Positions 28,971 to 39,503 of a stretch of 64,000 nucleotides of DNA are shown here, piece after piece. The DNA is from Treponemataceae bacterium. Lineage in GTDB: Bacteria > Spirochaetota > Spirochaetia > Treponematales > Rectinemataceae. The notes below the pieces were generated by a model. That model searched no databases. It was not told the DNA's origin and was given only the letters and a program-made list of their open reading frames with translations. Every line of letters begins with the position of its first letter. Position 1 is the first letter of the stretch. The DNA lies in NCBI GenBank assembly GCA_963677895.2, contig CAXXGJ010000025.1:192001-256000 (forward strand), given 5' to 3'. The position numbers were made by a program, and so were the translations under genes.

Positions 28971-31900
28971 CTTCCACCTCCATCGCGCCTTCCGCTCTGC
29001 GCCATTTCTCTACCTCCCTCTCTTTTTTCCTGTTCTTCTTCTCGCGCCTTTCGTTGAACAGCGAGTAGAGGACGGGGGTGAGGAAGAGGGTCATGATCGA
29101 GCTTATCAGCAGCCCGCCGAACATTGTCTTCGCTATCGGCTGGATACTTTCCGTCCCTTTGCCGGGAAAGAGGGCGAGGGGCATGATGCCGAGAATGGTG
29201 GTGAGCGTCGACATGAGAATGGGCCGCAGGCGGTGGCGGCCCGCTTCGCTGCAAGCCTCAAAGAGGCCGAGGCCGCGGGCCCTGAGCGTATTCGTATAAT
29301 CGACGAGGACTATGCCGTTGTTCACCACGACCCCCGCCAGCGCTACGACACCTATCAATGAGAAGAGTGAGAAAGAATCGTTCGTGAGCTTGTATATCCA
29401 AACAACCCCTATGAACATGAGGGGGATTGAAAAGAAGATGATGAGGGGGTCGATGAAGGATTCGAACTGGCTGGCCATGACGCCGTACACGAGGAAAACG
29501 GCGAGAAGGACAATCAGGATGAATACGGGCAGGTAAGTGCCCACGTCCATGTTTTCGCCCCCGAGAGATACCGTGACGTTTTCGCGGGGGATGTATTTTT
29601 CGTCCAATACCTTCTGCAATCTTTTCGCCGTTTCCGTCGAGGTGAGTTTGGATGAAGCGGGAAGGTCGCCCTCTACGTGGATTATCCTCTCCTTGTCCTC
29701 TCGATTGATCTGCTGAGGGGCTGTGCTGTTGGATATGGTCACGAAGGTGGAGACGGGTATCCTCGCCCCCGAAGCGCCGATGAGGAATATCGACTTGAGG
29801 TCGGAGAGAGTCTCCCTATCCTCCTGCCGGAGTCTGACCACGATGTCGATAGTCTCGCCGGCCGAGTCGTAGGTAGTGGCGGTCGTGCCGTAGACCGAAC
29901 TGCGTATCTCCTTCGCTATCTGGGAGACGGAGAAGCCGAACATAGCCGCCCTATCGCGGTCGATGCTGATGAGAAGTTCTGGCGACCCCTGTTCAAGGGA
30001 GATGCTGAGGTTCTCCACCTGAGGCAGTTCCGCGGCGATAATTCGCTTGATCTCTTTCGCCGCCTCGAGGGAAGTGTCCTGATCCTTCGAATGAATCTCC
30101 ACGTCGACAGCAGAACTTGAAGAGAATTAGCGACCCGCCGAGTAAGAGAAACTGGCGCCCGGAACGGATCCGATATAGGCGGCCAGCTTTGCCTTGATCG
30201 AGGAAGGCGTATCGATCTGATCTTTTGGATCGGGAAGCATGATTTCGAGCGAGCCTTCGCTGTTGGAAGACCCGCCGAAAAGACCGCTGCTCCCGACGGT
30301 GATGACGAGACTCTCGTACGCCTTCACATTTCCTTTAACGTAAGCCTGCAAATCCTCGAGAACTTTCTGGGTATGTTCTGCGGTCGTTCCAAGCGGCATG
30401 GTGAGATTCACCGTGAGCGTATCGTCGGTATTCGAGCGGGGGAAAAGATTCATGCCGAAGGCGGTCAACTGGAGAAGAGCGCTGGTGAGTATAACCGCCA
30501 CGAGGGTGACGATCAGTAATCGGTTCCTCAGGCAAAATTCGAGGGCCTTCTTGTAGCCCTTTTCCTGAGCCGCGAAGAAGGTCTCGAGCGTATCGTCGAT
30601 CTTTTTCAGGATCGGGTTTTTGAGAGGTTTCTGGACGCGGGTGTTGAGATGCATCACGGGACCGCAAAGCACGGGAACGATCGTCACCGCGACGACGAGG
30701 GATGAGGCGAGGGAGAAGCAAACCGTAAACACAAGGTCGCTAAAAAGCTGGCCCATCATTCCGAGCTTATTGCGGAACAGGATGATGGGGATAAACACGC
30801 AGAGCGTCGTCAAGGTCGAACCCATGATTGCCACGATCATCTCCTGGCTCCCAAGGATGGCCGCGATCCTGGGTTTGGTCCCCCGTTCCCGGTAACGGAA
30901 GATATTGTCCAGAATGACGATCGAAGCGTCGACGACCATGCCGAGCCCCATGATGAGCCCGGTGAGGCTTATCGTGTTGAGCGTAAGGCCCATGAAATAC
31001 ATGCAGAGTAAGGTGATGAGGATGCAGATGGGGATGGATATCCCTATGATAAAGGTAGCTTTGAGGTTCCTCAGATACAGCAACAGAATGAGCACGGCCA
31101 AGAGGATTCCCTGCCATGCCGAATTGTATACTTCTTTCAAGGTGGAGCTGACGAGAGTCGTGTCGTCCGACATGAACTCTACCGTCACCCCTTTGGGAAG
31201 GGACATATTGATGTCCGCGAGCGCGGCGTGAACATCGCGCGATATCTGGACCGCGTTGCTATCGCTTTCCCTCATTATCTGGACGTTTACGCCCTGCTTG
31301 CCGTCAATGTAGATAATCTTCGAAGGATCGTCCTGCGTTTCCTTGACATCGGCTATATCCTCGAGACGGAGCGCGCGATTACTCCCCGAAACGTCCGAAA
31401 CGTTAGTATCGATGATTAGGCTTTTCACCTCTTGGATAGATGAGAGCTTTTCGTGCGTGCGGATCTGATATTCCGTTGTGCCCCTGACGATATCTCCTCC
31501 GGAGAGGAGGATGTTCTGCGCCCCCAGGGCACTGGCCACCGCGGTGAGCGTCAATCCATGTGCGGCGAGGCGGTTCTGGGAGACCTCCACGGAAATGATC
31601 GTATCGCTCCCGCCGACGACGCTTGCCGTTGCCACGCCCTCTATCCTTTCGAGCTGGGGCTGTACCGTATCTTCGCCTATCACCTTGAGCTCTTCGAGGG
31701 AGCGATCGCCCATGATAGCCAGCTTGATGATCGGTTCCGAAGACATATCGAATTGCCTTATGGTCGGGGTATCGCAATCCTCCGGCAATCTATCCAGGAC
31801 GCCGTTTATCGTGGATTCGACCTCGTTCTGCGTCACATCGAGATCCACGTCATAGCCAAATTCGAGCATGATAAAGCTGGAATCCTGAGAAGAGGTTGAG

Positions 31901-32142
31901 GACATGGTCTCGAGCCCTTCGACGGATGAAAGCGCGTTCTCGAGAACCTTGGTGACGTTCTGTTCGACATCTTCCGGACCAGCGCCCGAATAGGTAGTGT
32001 TCACCGAAAGCACTGGCATATTGACGTCCGGATTGAGGGCGACGGCGAGCTGCGTGACGAATACCGCGGCAAGTCCGCATAGGAGAACGTATATCATTAT
32101 GACGGTGACAGGATGATCGATGGACTTGCGAACCACGCTCAT
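28957..32142 (-). pseudogene. AcrB/AcrD/AcrF-family RND permease interrupted by one in-frame TAA (30127-30129)
   Basis: 671-aa and 381-aa ORFs lie in the same frame 24 nt apart; GMVVDASIVILDNI, SQFESF, GVVVNNGIVLVD, RLRPILMSTLTT. Confidence 0.9.
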
Positions 32143-33164
32143 TGCGCGACTCCCGTTTCGCCATCTATGATTTTTACGCTATCTCCGTTGGTGATCGAAC
32201 TCTTCCCTTCGGTCACGACCTTCTCGCCAGGAGCAAGCCCTTTCTTCACCTCGAATGAGTCCTCTCCCTCAAGACCTAGCACAATACCCCTCCGCTCGAC
32301 CGTATTGTCGTCCTTGATGATGAAGACGTAGTCTTCGGACGAATCGAGGATAACGGAGGATCGCGGCGCAACGACGACGTTTTTCCTGCTTTCGGTTACG
32401 AGCTTGACTGTGGCAAACATACCGACGAGCACCCGCGAATCCGCTTTCTCAAGATCGAGCTTGATGTCGAGGGTGCGACTTGACGCGTCGAGAACGGGAC
32501 TCATTTCTGAAACCTTCGCGGCGAACGTAAGGCCGGGAATCGCGTCAAAGCCGATTTCCGCTGGCGTGCCGATCTTGAGGTTGGCAAGGTAGCGTTCGGG
32601 GACAGAGGTGCTGATTTTTATTCGGGAAAGATTCCCGACGGTAGCGATGATGGTGTTGGTCGTTATGGTGTCTCCTTCGTGGACGGGGATGGAGAGCACC
32701 GTTCCCGAGACCGTCGATTCGACCGGATTAGGCATGTAGTTCTCGCCGACTTTCGAGGGATCCACGAGGGCGATCGCGCTTCCCTTGGAAATCCAGTCTC
32801 CGACGGAAACCTTCCTCTCCAAAAGTTTTCCTGCGACGTTCGGGTAGATTTTGACCTCGTTATTGGAAACAACATCGCCAAGGATCTTCGTATAATTGCT
32901 TACGGAGCCCGAAGCGATCGTGTTCGCGCGCACCGCGACCGCATGCGTCTCTCCGCTTCCCGCATTTAAAGATTGATCCAACGCTCCGCCTTGCGGCATC
33001 TGACCGGAAGGCGCCCCGCTTTGAGGCAGGGGTCCCATCGCCGTCGATGGTGATTTCCCGGAAAAGGAAATTCCGAGTTCTTTCAACACGATCGCGGCCC
33101 CGACGGCAACGATCACCGTTACTATTATGATATTCGGTAAGGATCGCGAGATCGCGTTCTTCAT
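32139..33164 (-). CDS. RND periplasmic adaptor (membrane fusion protein)
   Basis: N-terminal anchor, barrel-sandwich segment VSVGDWISKG, VPERYL, GMFATV, GLAPGEKVVTEG; SD AAGGAG before MKNAIS. Confidence 0.92.
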   Translation of the reverse strand: MKNAISRSLPNIIIVTVIVAVGAAIVLKELGISFSGKSPSTAMGPLPQSGAPSGQMPQGGALDQSLNAGSGETHAVAVRANTIASGSVSNYTKILGDVVSNNEVKIYPNVAGKLLERKVSVGDWISKGSAIALVDPSKVGENYMPNPVESTVSGTVLSIPVHEGDTITTNTIIATVGNLSRIKISTSVPERYLANLKIGTPAEIGFDAIPGLTFAAKVSEMSPVLDASSRTLDIKLDLEKADSRVLVGMFATVKLVTESRKNVVVAPRSSVILDSSEDYVFIIKDDNTVERRGIVLGLEGEDSFEVKKGLAPGEKVVTEGKSSITNGDSVKIIDGETGVAQ

Positions 33165-33281
33165 TCCCCCCAACTCCTTCCTTTCGGCGAAACGGTGCCG
33201 CCTATCAGGGCACCCTATTCCCAGAACGTTAAGCGATGCTAATTCAGTGGACCTCATGCAGCCAGTCCCCCTTGTCATAAA

Positions 33282-33305
33282 CGCATATGACCGGCGTCAT
33301 ATGCG
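33282..33305. promoter_or_regulatory. Perfect inverted repeat, probable NarL-family operator
   Basis: CGCATATGAC-cggc-GTCATATGCG between the divergent efflux operon and two-component genes. Confidence 0.65.
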
Positions 33306-33338
33306 AGATAACCGGCGGCACTGTGCAATGGGAACAGA

Positions 33339-34670
33339 GTGACATATAGTTGCTTAATGACTGGTTACTCGCCGAAACCCCATACCGAACGGGACTTCGC
33401 CCGCATCATCCTCATGACCTTGTTTTTCCTTTTCCATATCATGCTGACCTTGCAGCCGCTATTTTCCATGAGACGGATAATGGAAGATTCCACCGGCTTT
33501 TCTTCTTTACTGCCAACCTTCGACATCGCGATCGTGGCGTTCTGGTTCATTCTCGAGGCATTCGAATTCCTGGTCTGGAATTACACGTGGCCGAATACGC
33601 GCTCTGGTGTGGAAATAACTGCCCTGCGGTGCGTACCTTTATTGATCTGCGTTGTCTTCTTCCCCCGATTAACATTTGGAATGATGACCTTGATGGCCCC
33701 TCTCCTGACCTTCTACTTCTCGCTTGTCGTCCAGCCCATGTGGCAGTATGGGATCATGATTTTTTTCTGCGCCGTGCAGCTATCCCTCTCTTACTGGATT
33801 TCGCTGCAGACGGTCCTGCCGGAATCCAATAAGCAGTATGAGCTCGTGATCCTCCTGTATCAGCTCATGAGCATCATCCTCATGTTCCTTTTCGCGAAAT
33901 TTTGGAAGGAAGACAGGAAAAACCGCGAACGCCAGCACATGCTGACGATGGAAATCCAGGCGAGTCAAAAGGAACTGAGAAAATACGCGTCCCATGTATC
34001 GCGCGTGGTAGCCCTGGAAGAGCGAACCAGGATAGCCCGCGACATTCATGACAGCCTTGGGCATACGCTCACCGCCGTCTCCATACAGCTCAATAAAGCA
34101 GAGGCGTTTTTCGAGAAGGATCCCAAGGTATCGACGAGGGCGATCAGCGACGCGAGGTTGAGCATGCATGAAGCGATGATCGACGTTCGGTCAACTCTTG
34201 ATACGCTGAACGCTCAATCTGAGGGTTTCGACTTGTTCTCGCAGGTGCGCAAGCCGCTCGAAAACCTCAGCCAAGTGGGAATTCATGTGCATCGCGATTT
34301 CGTAGGGAATACGGAAGGATACAATATCGCTGTGCTCCTCGCCCTCTATCGATTCGTCCAGGAGGGAGCGACGAACATTCTTAAGCATGCCGATGCTCAT
34401 GAAGTGAGCCTGGAAATTATTTTGGATGGTCACCAGGCATACGCCGAGCTGCGTGACGATGGGGTGGGGTTCGATCAGAACGCGCAGGAAGGCAAAGGCA
34501 AGGAACTTTCGGGATATGGACTCACGGGCCTTGCCGACAGGATAGCGCTCGTCCGGGGTACTTTCTCTGTCGAATCGGCTATCAGCCATGGAACGACATT
34601 GAAGATAAGCATGCCGAAGGATCCAGTGGCCTTGATCGGAAGGAGAAGCGCCGATGGCATCGACAGGTAG
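33339..34670 (+). CDS. Membrane sensor histidine kinase, HisKA_3 type (start may be ATG 33357)
   Basis: Several TM helices; EERTRIARDIHDSLGHTL, QEGATNILKHA, DDGVGFD, GYGLTGL. Confidence 0.95.
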   Translation: MTYSCLMTGYSPKPHTERDFARIILMTLFFLFHIMLTLQPLFSMRRIMEDSTGFSSLLPTFDIAIVAFWFILEAFEFLVWNYTWPNTRSGVEITALRCVPLLICVVFFPRLTFGMMTLMAPLLTFYFSLVVQPMWQYGIMIFFCAVQLSLSYWISLQTVLPESNKQYELVILLYQLMSIILMFLFAKFWKEDRKNRERQHMLTMEIQASQKELRKYASHVSRVVALEERTRIARDIHDSLGHTLTAVSIQLNKAEAFFEKDPKVSTRAISDARLSMHEAMIDVRSTLDTLNAQSEGFDLFSQVRKPLENLSQVGIHVHRDFVGNTEGYNIAVLLALYRFVQEGATNILKHADAHEVSLEIILDGHQAYAELRDDGVGFDQNAQEGKGKELSGYGLTGLADRIALVRGTFSVESAISHGTTLKISMPKDPVALIGRRSADGIDR

Positions 34671-35352
34671 GAAGATAAAAGTTCTCGTGGTAGATGATCA
34701 GAGACTTGTCAGGGACGGAATAGCCTCCCTCTTGGGACTCGACGACGAGATTGCCGTGATCGGGACGGCGGAAAACGGAAAGGAAGCCCTTGCCATCGCC
34801 CGCGATTTACGGCCCGATGTCTGCCTGTTGGATATCCAGATGCCAGTCATGGATGGAATCGCAACCCTCGAGAGGATACGCGCGGAAGGAATCGTTCCGT
34901 ATGTTGTCATGCTCACTACCTTCGACGACAGGGAATACATCGTACGCTCGCTCCGTTCTGGGGCGGTGGGCTATCTTCTCAAGGACCTGCCAAGCGAGGA
35001 GTTCGTGCGGGCGATAAAGCAGGTCGTAAAAGGGGTTTTCCTCGCGAATGGCGAGGTTATAAACAAGCTTCTGGGATCCCTCAAGGCCGAAGAGGATTCG
35101 GGAAAAAGCCTAGTCTCGGATTCGAACGCGCTTGAACAATATGAATTTCTCACCCTGCGCGAACAAAAGGTGCTAAGCCTTCTCGGTACTGGGGCAACGA
35201 ATTCGGAAATCGCCGATATCCTGTCGCTGAGCGAAGGCACGGTCAAGAACTACGTCTCGAACATTCTCACGACGCTCGGTTTCAGGGACAGGATTCAGAC
35301 AGCGCTTTTCGCCGCGAGGAATGGTTTGACAAGCGAAGAACAAGAAAGATAA
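34654..35352 (+). CDS. NarL/FixJ-family response regulator
   Basis: VLVVDDQ, LDIQMPVMDG, LTTF, GYLLKD, LuxR-type HTH LTLREQKVL..LSEGTVKNYVSNI. Confidence 0.95.
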   Translation: MASTGRKIKVLVVDDQRLVRDGIASLLGLDDEIAVIGTAENGKEALAIARDLRPDVCLLDIQMPVMDGIATLERIRAEGIVPYVVMLTTFDDREYIVRSLRSGAVGYLLKDLPSEEFVRAIKQVVKGVFLANGEVINKLLGSLKAEEDSGKSLVSDSNALEQYEFLTLREQKVLSLLGTGATNSEIADILSLSEGTVKNYVSNILTTLGFRDRIQTALFAARNGLTSEEQER

Positions 35353-35450
35353 GAAATAATCCTGACGCCACCGAGCCTCAAAGATTTTTAGGCATTCGGA
35401 AGCTCACAGGTATCATTGCGTTTTCAGATAATAAACAAAAGTATAGCGCC

Positions 35451-36029
35451 TTATTCTAGTGAATAGGAATACATCGAAGACTCACCGCTGTCGGTTAAAA
35501 CCTGAATACTAATTTTTGTCGGTCGAGGCATAGGGTTCTTTCCTACAATAGGTATGAATAATACGGAAAGCCCGGCATTTTGATTAAAAGAAAAAGAGGG
35601 AACACAAGATCTATTTATTGATGTAATTTTTCTCTGATTTTTCACATCGTTTTCTGGATCTATGCTAGTATTTGAATCCCAAAATTCTATAAATGAATAC
35701 TGACTATATATTCGAGAAGGCTCTTTCCCATCAGGACCGATGGTTTCAGCCAGAATGGTAACATTCTCTTTTTTCTGTAGGTTAAAAATGATTTTTACAA
35801 CAAAAAATTCATATAGCTTTCCCCTGAGAAGTGTTTTAGGTTCCATATAAGGATTTTCGCTAAAATTTGATCCCAGATGCCTAATATCTTGATACTCAGC
35901 TTTACTAATTGAGATTTGAGGCAATGAAGGGTTATACGGTGACACAGTGGTACAGTTTGATAACATCAATACAAAAGTAATAAGTACTACCGAGATGAAG
36001 GTAAACGATTTGAAATTTTTAGTTTTCAT
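35451..36029 (-). CDS. Hypothetical low-GC lipoprotein
   Basis: 192-aa ORF in AT-rich DNA with signal peptide and lipobox MLSNC. Confidence 0.7.
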   Translation of the reverse strand: MKTKNFKSFTFISVVLITFVLMLSNCTTVSPYNPSLPQISISKAEYQDIRHLGSNFSENPYMEPKTLLRGKLYEFFVVKIIFNLQKKENVTILAETIGPDGKEPSRIYSQYSFIEFWDSNTSIDPENDVKNQRKITSINRSCVPSFSFNQNAGLSVLFIPIVGKNPMPRPTKISIQVLTDSGESSMYSYSLE

Positions 36030-36043
36030 AACTATTTATATAT

Positions 36044-36076
36044 AAAAATTGCCAGCCCTTCAATAGGGCTGGCAAT
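36044..36076 (-). terminator. Rho-independent terminator of the porin-like gene
   Basis: ATTGCCAGCCCT-tcaat-AGGGCTGGCAAT with a U-tract on the minus strand. Confidence 0.85.
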
Positions 36077-36099
36077 ACCTGCTTAAATCCAGCTACGTA

Positions 36100-37104
36100 T
36101 TAGAGAGAAACACCGTAGTAGAGAACGAGAGCGGCATGGAAATCGCCGTTGAAACCGACAGTGGCTTCGGAAGAGAGGCCATTGCCGTAGTCATAAGCAA
36201 CCTGCGCAAATGCATCGTAATCAATACCATCACGAGCATACGTAGTGTAGGTGCCACCGAGAGTAGCAGAGAGAGCATCGGTTACACTGTAGACTGCTTT
36301 GGCGCGAACATCATAAGCAGCAACGCCGGACCAAGCTTTCGTGGTGGTCTGACCATTGGTGGTGAAAGTGCCTTCCAGGCCAATTGCGAGCTTTTCAACG
36401 CCACTGTAAGCAAAGGCGAGACCGGCTGAAGTAACATCGGCATACGAAGCTACAGTTGCACCATCTTTCGCCTGCTGGGCATACTTAAAGAGTGCGACAG
36501 CGGTGAGATCTTTCATTCCGGTAAATTTGAAACCAACGTTAACCGCTGTTTTTCCATCGACCAAGTTAAGATTGGCCATCGCTACTGCAGTACCAACATC
36601 TTTGATGTCATACTTTACACCGAGGTCGGCTTTCTTGAAGGTGTCGAGCGTGTCTTCGCCAGCAGTGGGATAAGGAAGATTCACACCAACGCTGAGTCCA
36701 GCAGCCGGAGTGGCCTGAATGAGCATTCCATAACCAGAAATGCGGTCATTTCCACCGAGACCATAGTTCGTGTACCAGTTGGGGAGGGTGAGGCGATAAT
36801 CACCGTTGCGGAGATTGCCGATGGATACTTTGGTAAATTTGCCTTTGTACCAAGTAGTCCAATCACGGGGAGCGCCGATTCCATCAATGTAGTTATCTTC
36901 AGTGACAGAAATACCAAACTTTCCTTCTTTCTCGGTAGCCTTGAAAGTAATGGTATCGTACCCCGCACCGTCATCCGCGAAAGCACCGGCCAAATCCTGA
37001 TCAATAATGTCGATCTCTCCGGACGCGGCAATAGCGGTCGTTACCTGGGCGGATACGGCGCCGACCATAGCAAAAGCGAGAAGCAGGACGATAAGCTTCT
37101 TCAT
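36100..37104 (-). CDS. Porin-like / major outer-membrane beta-barrel protein
   Basis: Signal peptide MKKLIVLLLAFAMVGAVSA, many alternating amphipathic strands, C-terminus LYYGVSL, SD AAGGAGG. Confidence 0.65.
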   Translation of the reverse strand: MKKLIVLLLAFAMVGAVSAQVTTAIAASGEIDIIDQDLAGAFADDGAGYDTITFKATEKEGKFGISVTEDNYIDGIGAPRDWTTWYKGKFTKVSIGNLRNGDYRLTLPNWYTNYGLGGNDRISGYGMLIQATPAAGLSVGVNLPYPTAGEDTLDTFKKADLGVKYDIKDVGTAVAMANLNLVDGKTAVNVGFKFTGMKDLTAVALFKYAQQAKDGATVASYADVTSAGLAFAYSGVEKLAIGLEGTFTTNGQTTTKAWSGVAAYDVRAKAVYSVTDALSATLGGTYTTYARDGIDYDAFAQVAYDYGNGLSSEATVGFNGDFHAALVLYYGVSL

Positions 37105-37177
37105 TAGAAGTCCTCCTTGCAATTTCGAAGGGGGCCGCGCCGACGGCTCGGTAATCCCCTTTCCTAGGTTCCGTTAG

Positions 37178-37207
37178 AGTATATATCGGCAAATTTTTGG
37201 GTGTCAA
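37178..37207 (-). promoter_or_regulatory. Sigma70-type promoter of the porin-like gene
   Basis: TTGACA-N18-TATACT on the minus strand. Confidence 0.7.
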
Positions 37208-37385
37208 GCACATTTTATTCAAGTTTTTTAAACATAAAGTCAGAATCTGTCAAATACTTTCATATTTTGTTATACAAACATTGAAAGAATTCGACTTTAT
37301 TGATGAGGCCATTAGGATATGCAGTAAATATAAGCTATTTCCGGAGAAAAGCGAAGAAATATAGTATAACGCTCAAATATAACAA

Positions 37386-37422
37386 ATGAGGGGTGACCGG
37401 GAATATCCAGGTCACTCCTCAT
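37386..37422 (-). terminator. Stem-loop downstream of ackA
   Basis: ATGAGGGGTGACC-gggaatatcca-GGTCACTCCTCAT followed by TTGTT on the minus strand. Confidence 0.75.
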
Positions 37423-37457
37423 GGCGCTCGAAAGCGGCGCGAAACGGAAACGGACGA

Positions 37458-38795
37458 TCAGGGAATCTGGGCGATGATGTCCTTGAGCCAGGGCTTCTTG
37501 GCGAGGTCGCGCTCGAGTCCCTCGGCGCGCGCCTTGTTCACGTAGTCCCTGTTCTCGAAGTAATAGTGGTAGTTGGTATGGACATCGTACGTGCCTTTCA
37601 TGAGGGCGAAGGCGTCTTCAGTCATGACGAGTTCCTCGTCGGTGGGGATGACAAAGACCTTCACCTTGGAGCCGGGACCGGTGATGTCGAGTTCGGCGTT
37701 GCGGCACTTGGCGAGGGCGTTCTTCTTCTCGTCGATGGCGATGCCCATTTCCTCGAGTCCTTGGGTCGCCAGATGGCGGATGGCCGGGCCCATCTCCCCC
37801 ACGCCGGCGGTGAAGATGAGGGCGTCGACATGGCCGAGGGCCGCGTAATAGGAGCCGATGTATTTCTTGATCCTGTAGCTCTCCATCTGCTGGGCGAGGA
37901 TGGCGATGGGGTCGCCCTTCTCGGCCGCCAGCTCGATATCGCGGCGGTCGGCCCATTTGCCGGTGATGCCGAGGACGCCTGATTCCTTGTTGAGTTTCTT
38001 CTCGACATCGGCGGCGCTCATGCCCGTCCTGCGCATCATGTGGAAGATGATGCCGGGATCGATGTCGCCCGATCTGGTGCCCATCACGAGGCCCTCGAGG
38101 GGCGTGAGGCCCATCGATGTATCGAAGGAACAACCGTTCTTCACGGCGTTGATGGAAGCGCCGTTTCCGATATGCGCGGTGATGACATTGGTCTCGAAGG
38201 GATCCTTGCCGAGGAGGACGGCGGCTCTTTTGGCGTTGTAGAGGAAGCTGGTTCCATGGAAACCGTAGCGACGGACCATGTGTTTTTCGTACCATTCCTG
38301 GGGAAGCGCGTACATGTAGCTCGACGCGGGCATGGTCTGATGCCATGCGGTGTCCATGACGGCGCAATGGGGGACATCGGGCAGCACTTCGCGTGCCGCT
38401 TCGACGCCCATCAGATTGGCGGGATTGTGAAGGGGAGCCAGGTCGATAAGTTCGCGGAAGGTGGCCAGGAATTCGTCGTTTATGATGGAGGAACGGGCGA
38501 AGCGGGAGCCGCCGTGCACCATGCGATGGCCGACTGCCTTGATCATGTTCATGTCGGATATGACGCCGTATTCGGGATCGACGAGGGTATTGAGGATGAG
38601 CTGTATGGCGATGGTATGGGTCGGGCATTCGTGTTCGACGACGTAGTCGGCCTTGCCGCGCGCCTTGTGCGTGATGGAAGAGCCGCCGATGGTGACGCGT
38701 TCGACAATGCCGGTGGCCAGGATGTCTTTGTTGTCCCAGTCGTACACCTGGTATTTGACGGAAGAAGATCCGCAGTTCAGTGTCAGTATGACCAT
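37458..38795 (-). CDS. ackA: Acetate kinase
   Basis: [67 protein letters not shown]. Confidence 0.97.
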   Translation of the reverse strand: MVILTLNCGSSSVKYQVYDWDNKDILATGIVERVTIGGSSITHKARGKADYVVEHECPTHTIAIQLILNTLVDPEYGVISDMNMIKAVGHRMVHGGSRFARSSIINDEFLATFRELIDLAPLHNPANLMGVEAAREVLPDVPHCAVMDTAWHQTMPASSYMYALPQEWYEKHMVRRYGFHGTSFLYNAKRAAVLLGKDPFETNVITAHIGNGASINAVKNGCSFDTSMGLTPLEGLVMGTRSGDIDPGIIFHMMRRTGMSAADVEKKLNKESGVLGITGKWADRRDIELAAEKGDPIAILAQQMESYRIKKYIGSYYAALGHVDALIFTAGVGEMGPAIRHLATQGLEEMGIAIDEKKNALAKCRNAELDITGPGSKVKVFVIPTDEELVMTEDAFALMKGTYDVHTNYHYYFENRDYVNKARAEGLERDLAKKPWLKDIIAQIP

Positions 38796-38887
38796 ATTCG
38801 CTCCTGAGTGGTTTTGGTCATCCTAGCATCCTGCCGGGGTTTTTCACAAGATGATAAGGAATATGCTCATCACGAAATATTGTGGCT

Positions 38888-39196
38888 TCACAAAAACGAA
38901 AAATAATCCCTTTTACCATAGAGGAACCTATGGATCTGTACTTCTTTGTCAACAATGATATAAAACACAAGAAAATTATCAATCACAATCATCCGATATC
39001 CCAATTGGCTTAGATAATCGTCCTTTACGAGGGGATAGATGAAAGGGTTCACTTCAACCCTCTCTATACATGAATAGAACTTTTCAAAGAGCGGAGAGGC
39101 AGAAGTTTTCAATTCTTGTTCAAAGTATTCCTTTATTTCAAAGAGATCTTCTTCCGCCTTAGGATAGATAAGGACGGAATGTAAAGATGCGCTCAT
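38888..39196 (-). CDS. Type II toxin, RelE/ParE family
   Basis: AEEDLFEIKEY..NPFIYP..GYRMIVIDNFLVFY..VQIHRFLYGKRDY; overlaps the antitoxin stop. Confidence 0.88.
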   Translation of the reverse strand: MSASLHSVLIYPKAEEDLFEIKEYFEQELKTSASPLFEKFYSCIERVEVNPFIYPLVKDDYLSQLGYRMIVIDNFLVFYIIVDKEVQIHRFLYGKRDYFSFL

Positions 39197-39450
39197 TTAT
39201 CTATAAAGCTTGAAAGATATTCTTTTGCGCTTCGACCTTTCGCACCGCGAGCGATATCAATTCGAGCCTCCTCAAGCTTCCTATACAGCTCGGTTTTGGC
39301 CAATTGGCGTTCATAATAGGCTAAAGACATGACAACCATATCCCCGACGCCGTTTTTAGTGAGGAAAATCGGTTCTTCATCGGCATGAACGGTCTCAGAA
39401 ATATTGGTAAAATTATTGCGCAGGTCGGATATCGGGCGGATGATTGGCAT
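39193..39450 (-). CDS. Type II antitoxin, Phd/YefM family
   Basis: MPIIRPISDLRNNF..EPIFLTKNGVGDMVVMS. Confidence 0.9.
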   Translation of the reverse strand: MPIIRPISDLRNNFTNISETVHADEEPIFLTKNGVGDMVVMSLAYYERQLAKTELYRKLEEARIDIARGAKGRSAKEYLSSFIDK

Positions 39451-39462
39451 AGCAAACCTCCG

Positions 39463-39491
39463 ATATCATAATAATGACATTATAATGATAT
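39463..39491. promoter_or_regulatory. Toxin-antitoxin autoregulatory operator palindrome
   Basis: ATATCATAATAATG-a-CATTATAATGATAT (14-bp arms, one mismatch) just upstream of the antitoxin SD; includes TATAAT. Confidence 0.75.
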
Positions 39492-39503
39492 GGAAAGATA
39501 CGA

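Noticed and set aside
566..30129. Possible stop-codon reassignment suggested by in-frame stops in IS630, lipase and RND genes
   Set aside because: The stops are a mix of TAG and TAA, two of the three genes also have frameshifts, and intact genes here end normally in TAA, TAG and TGA
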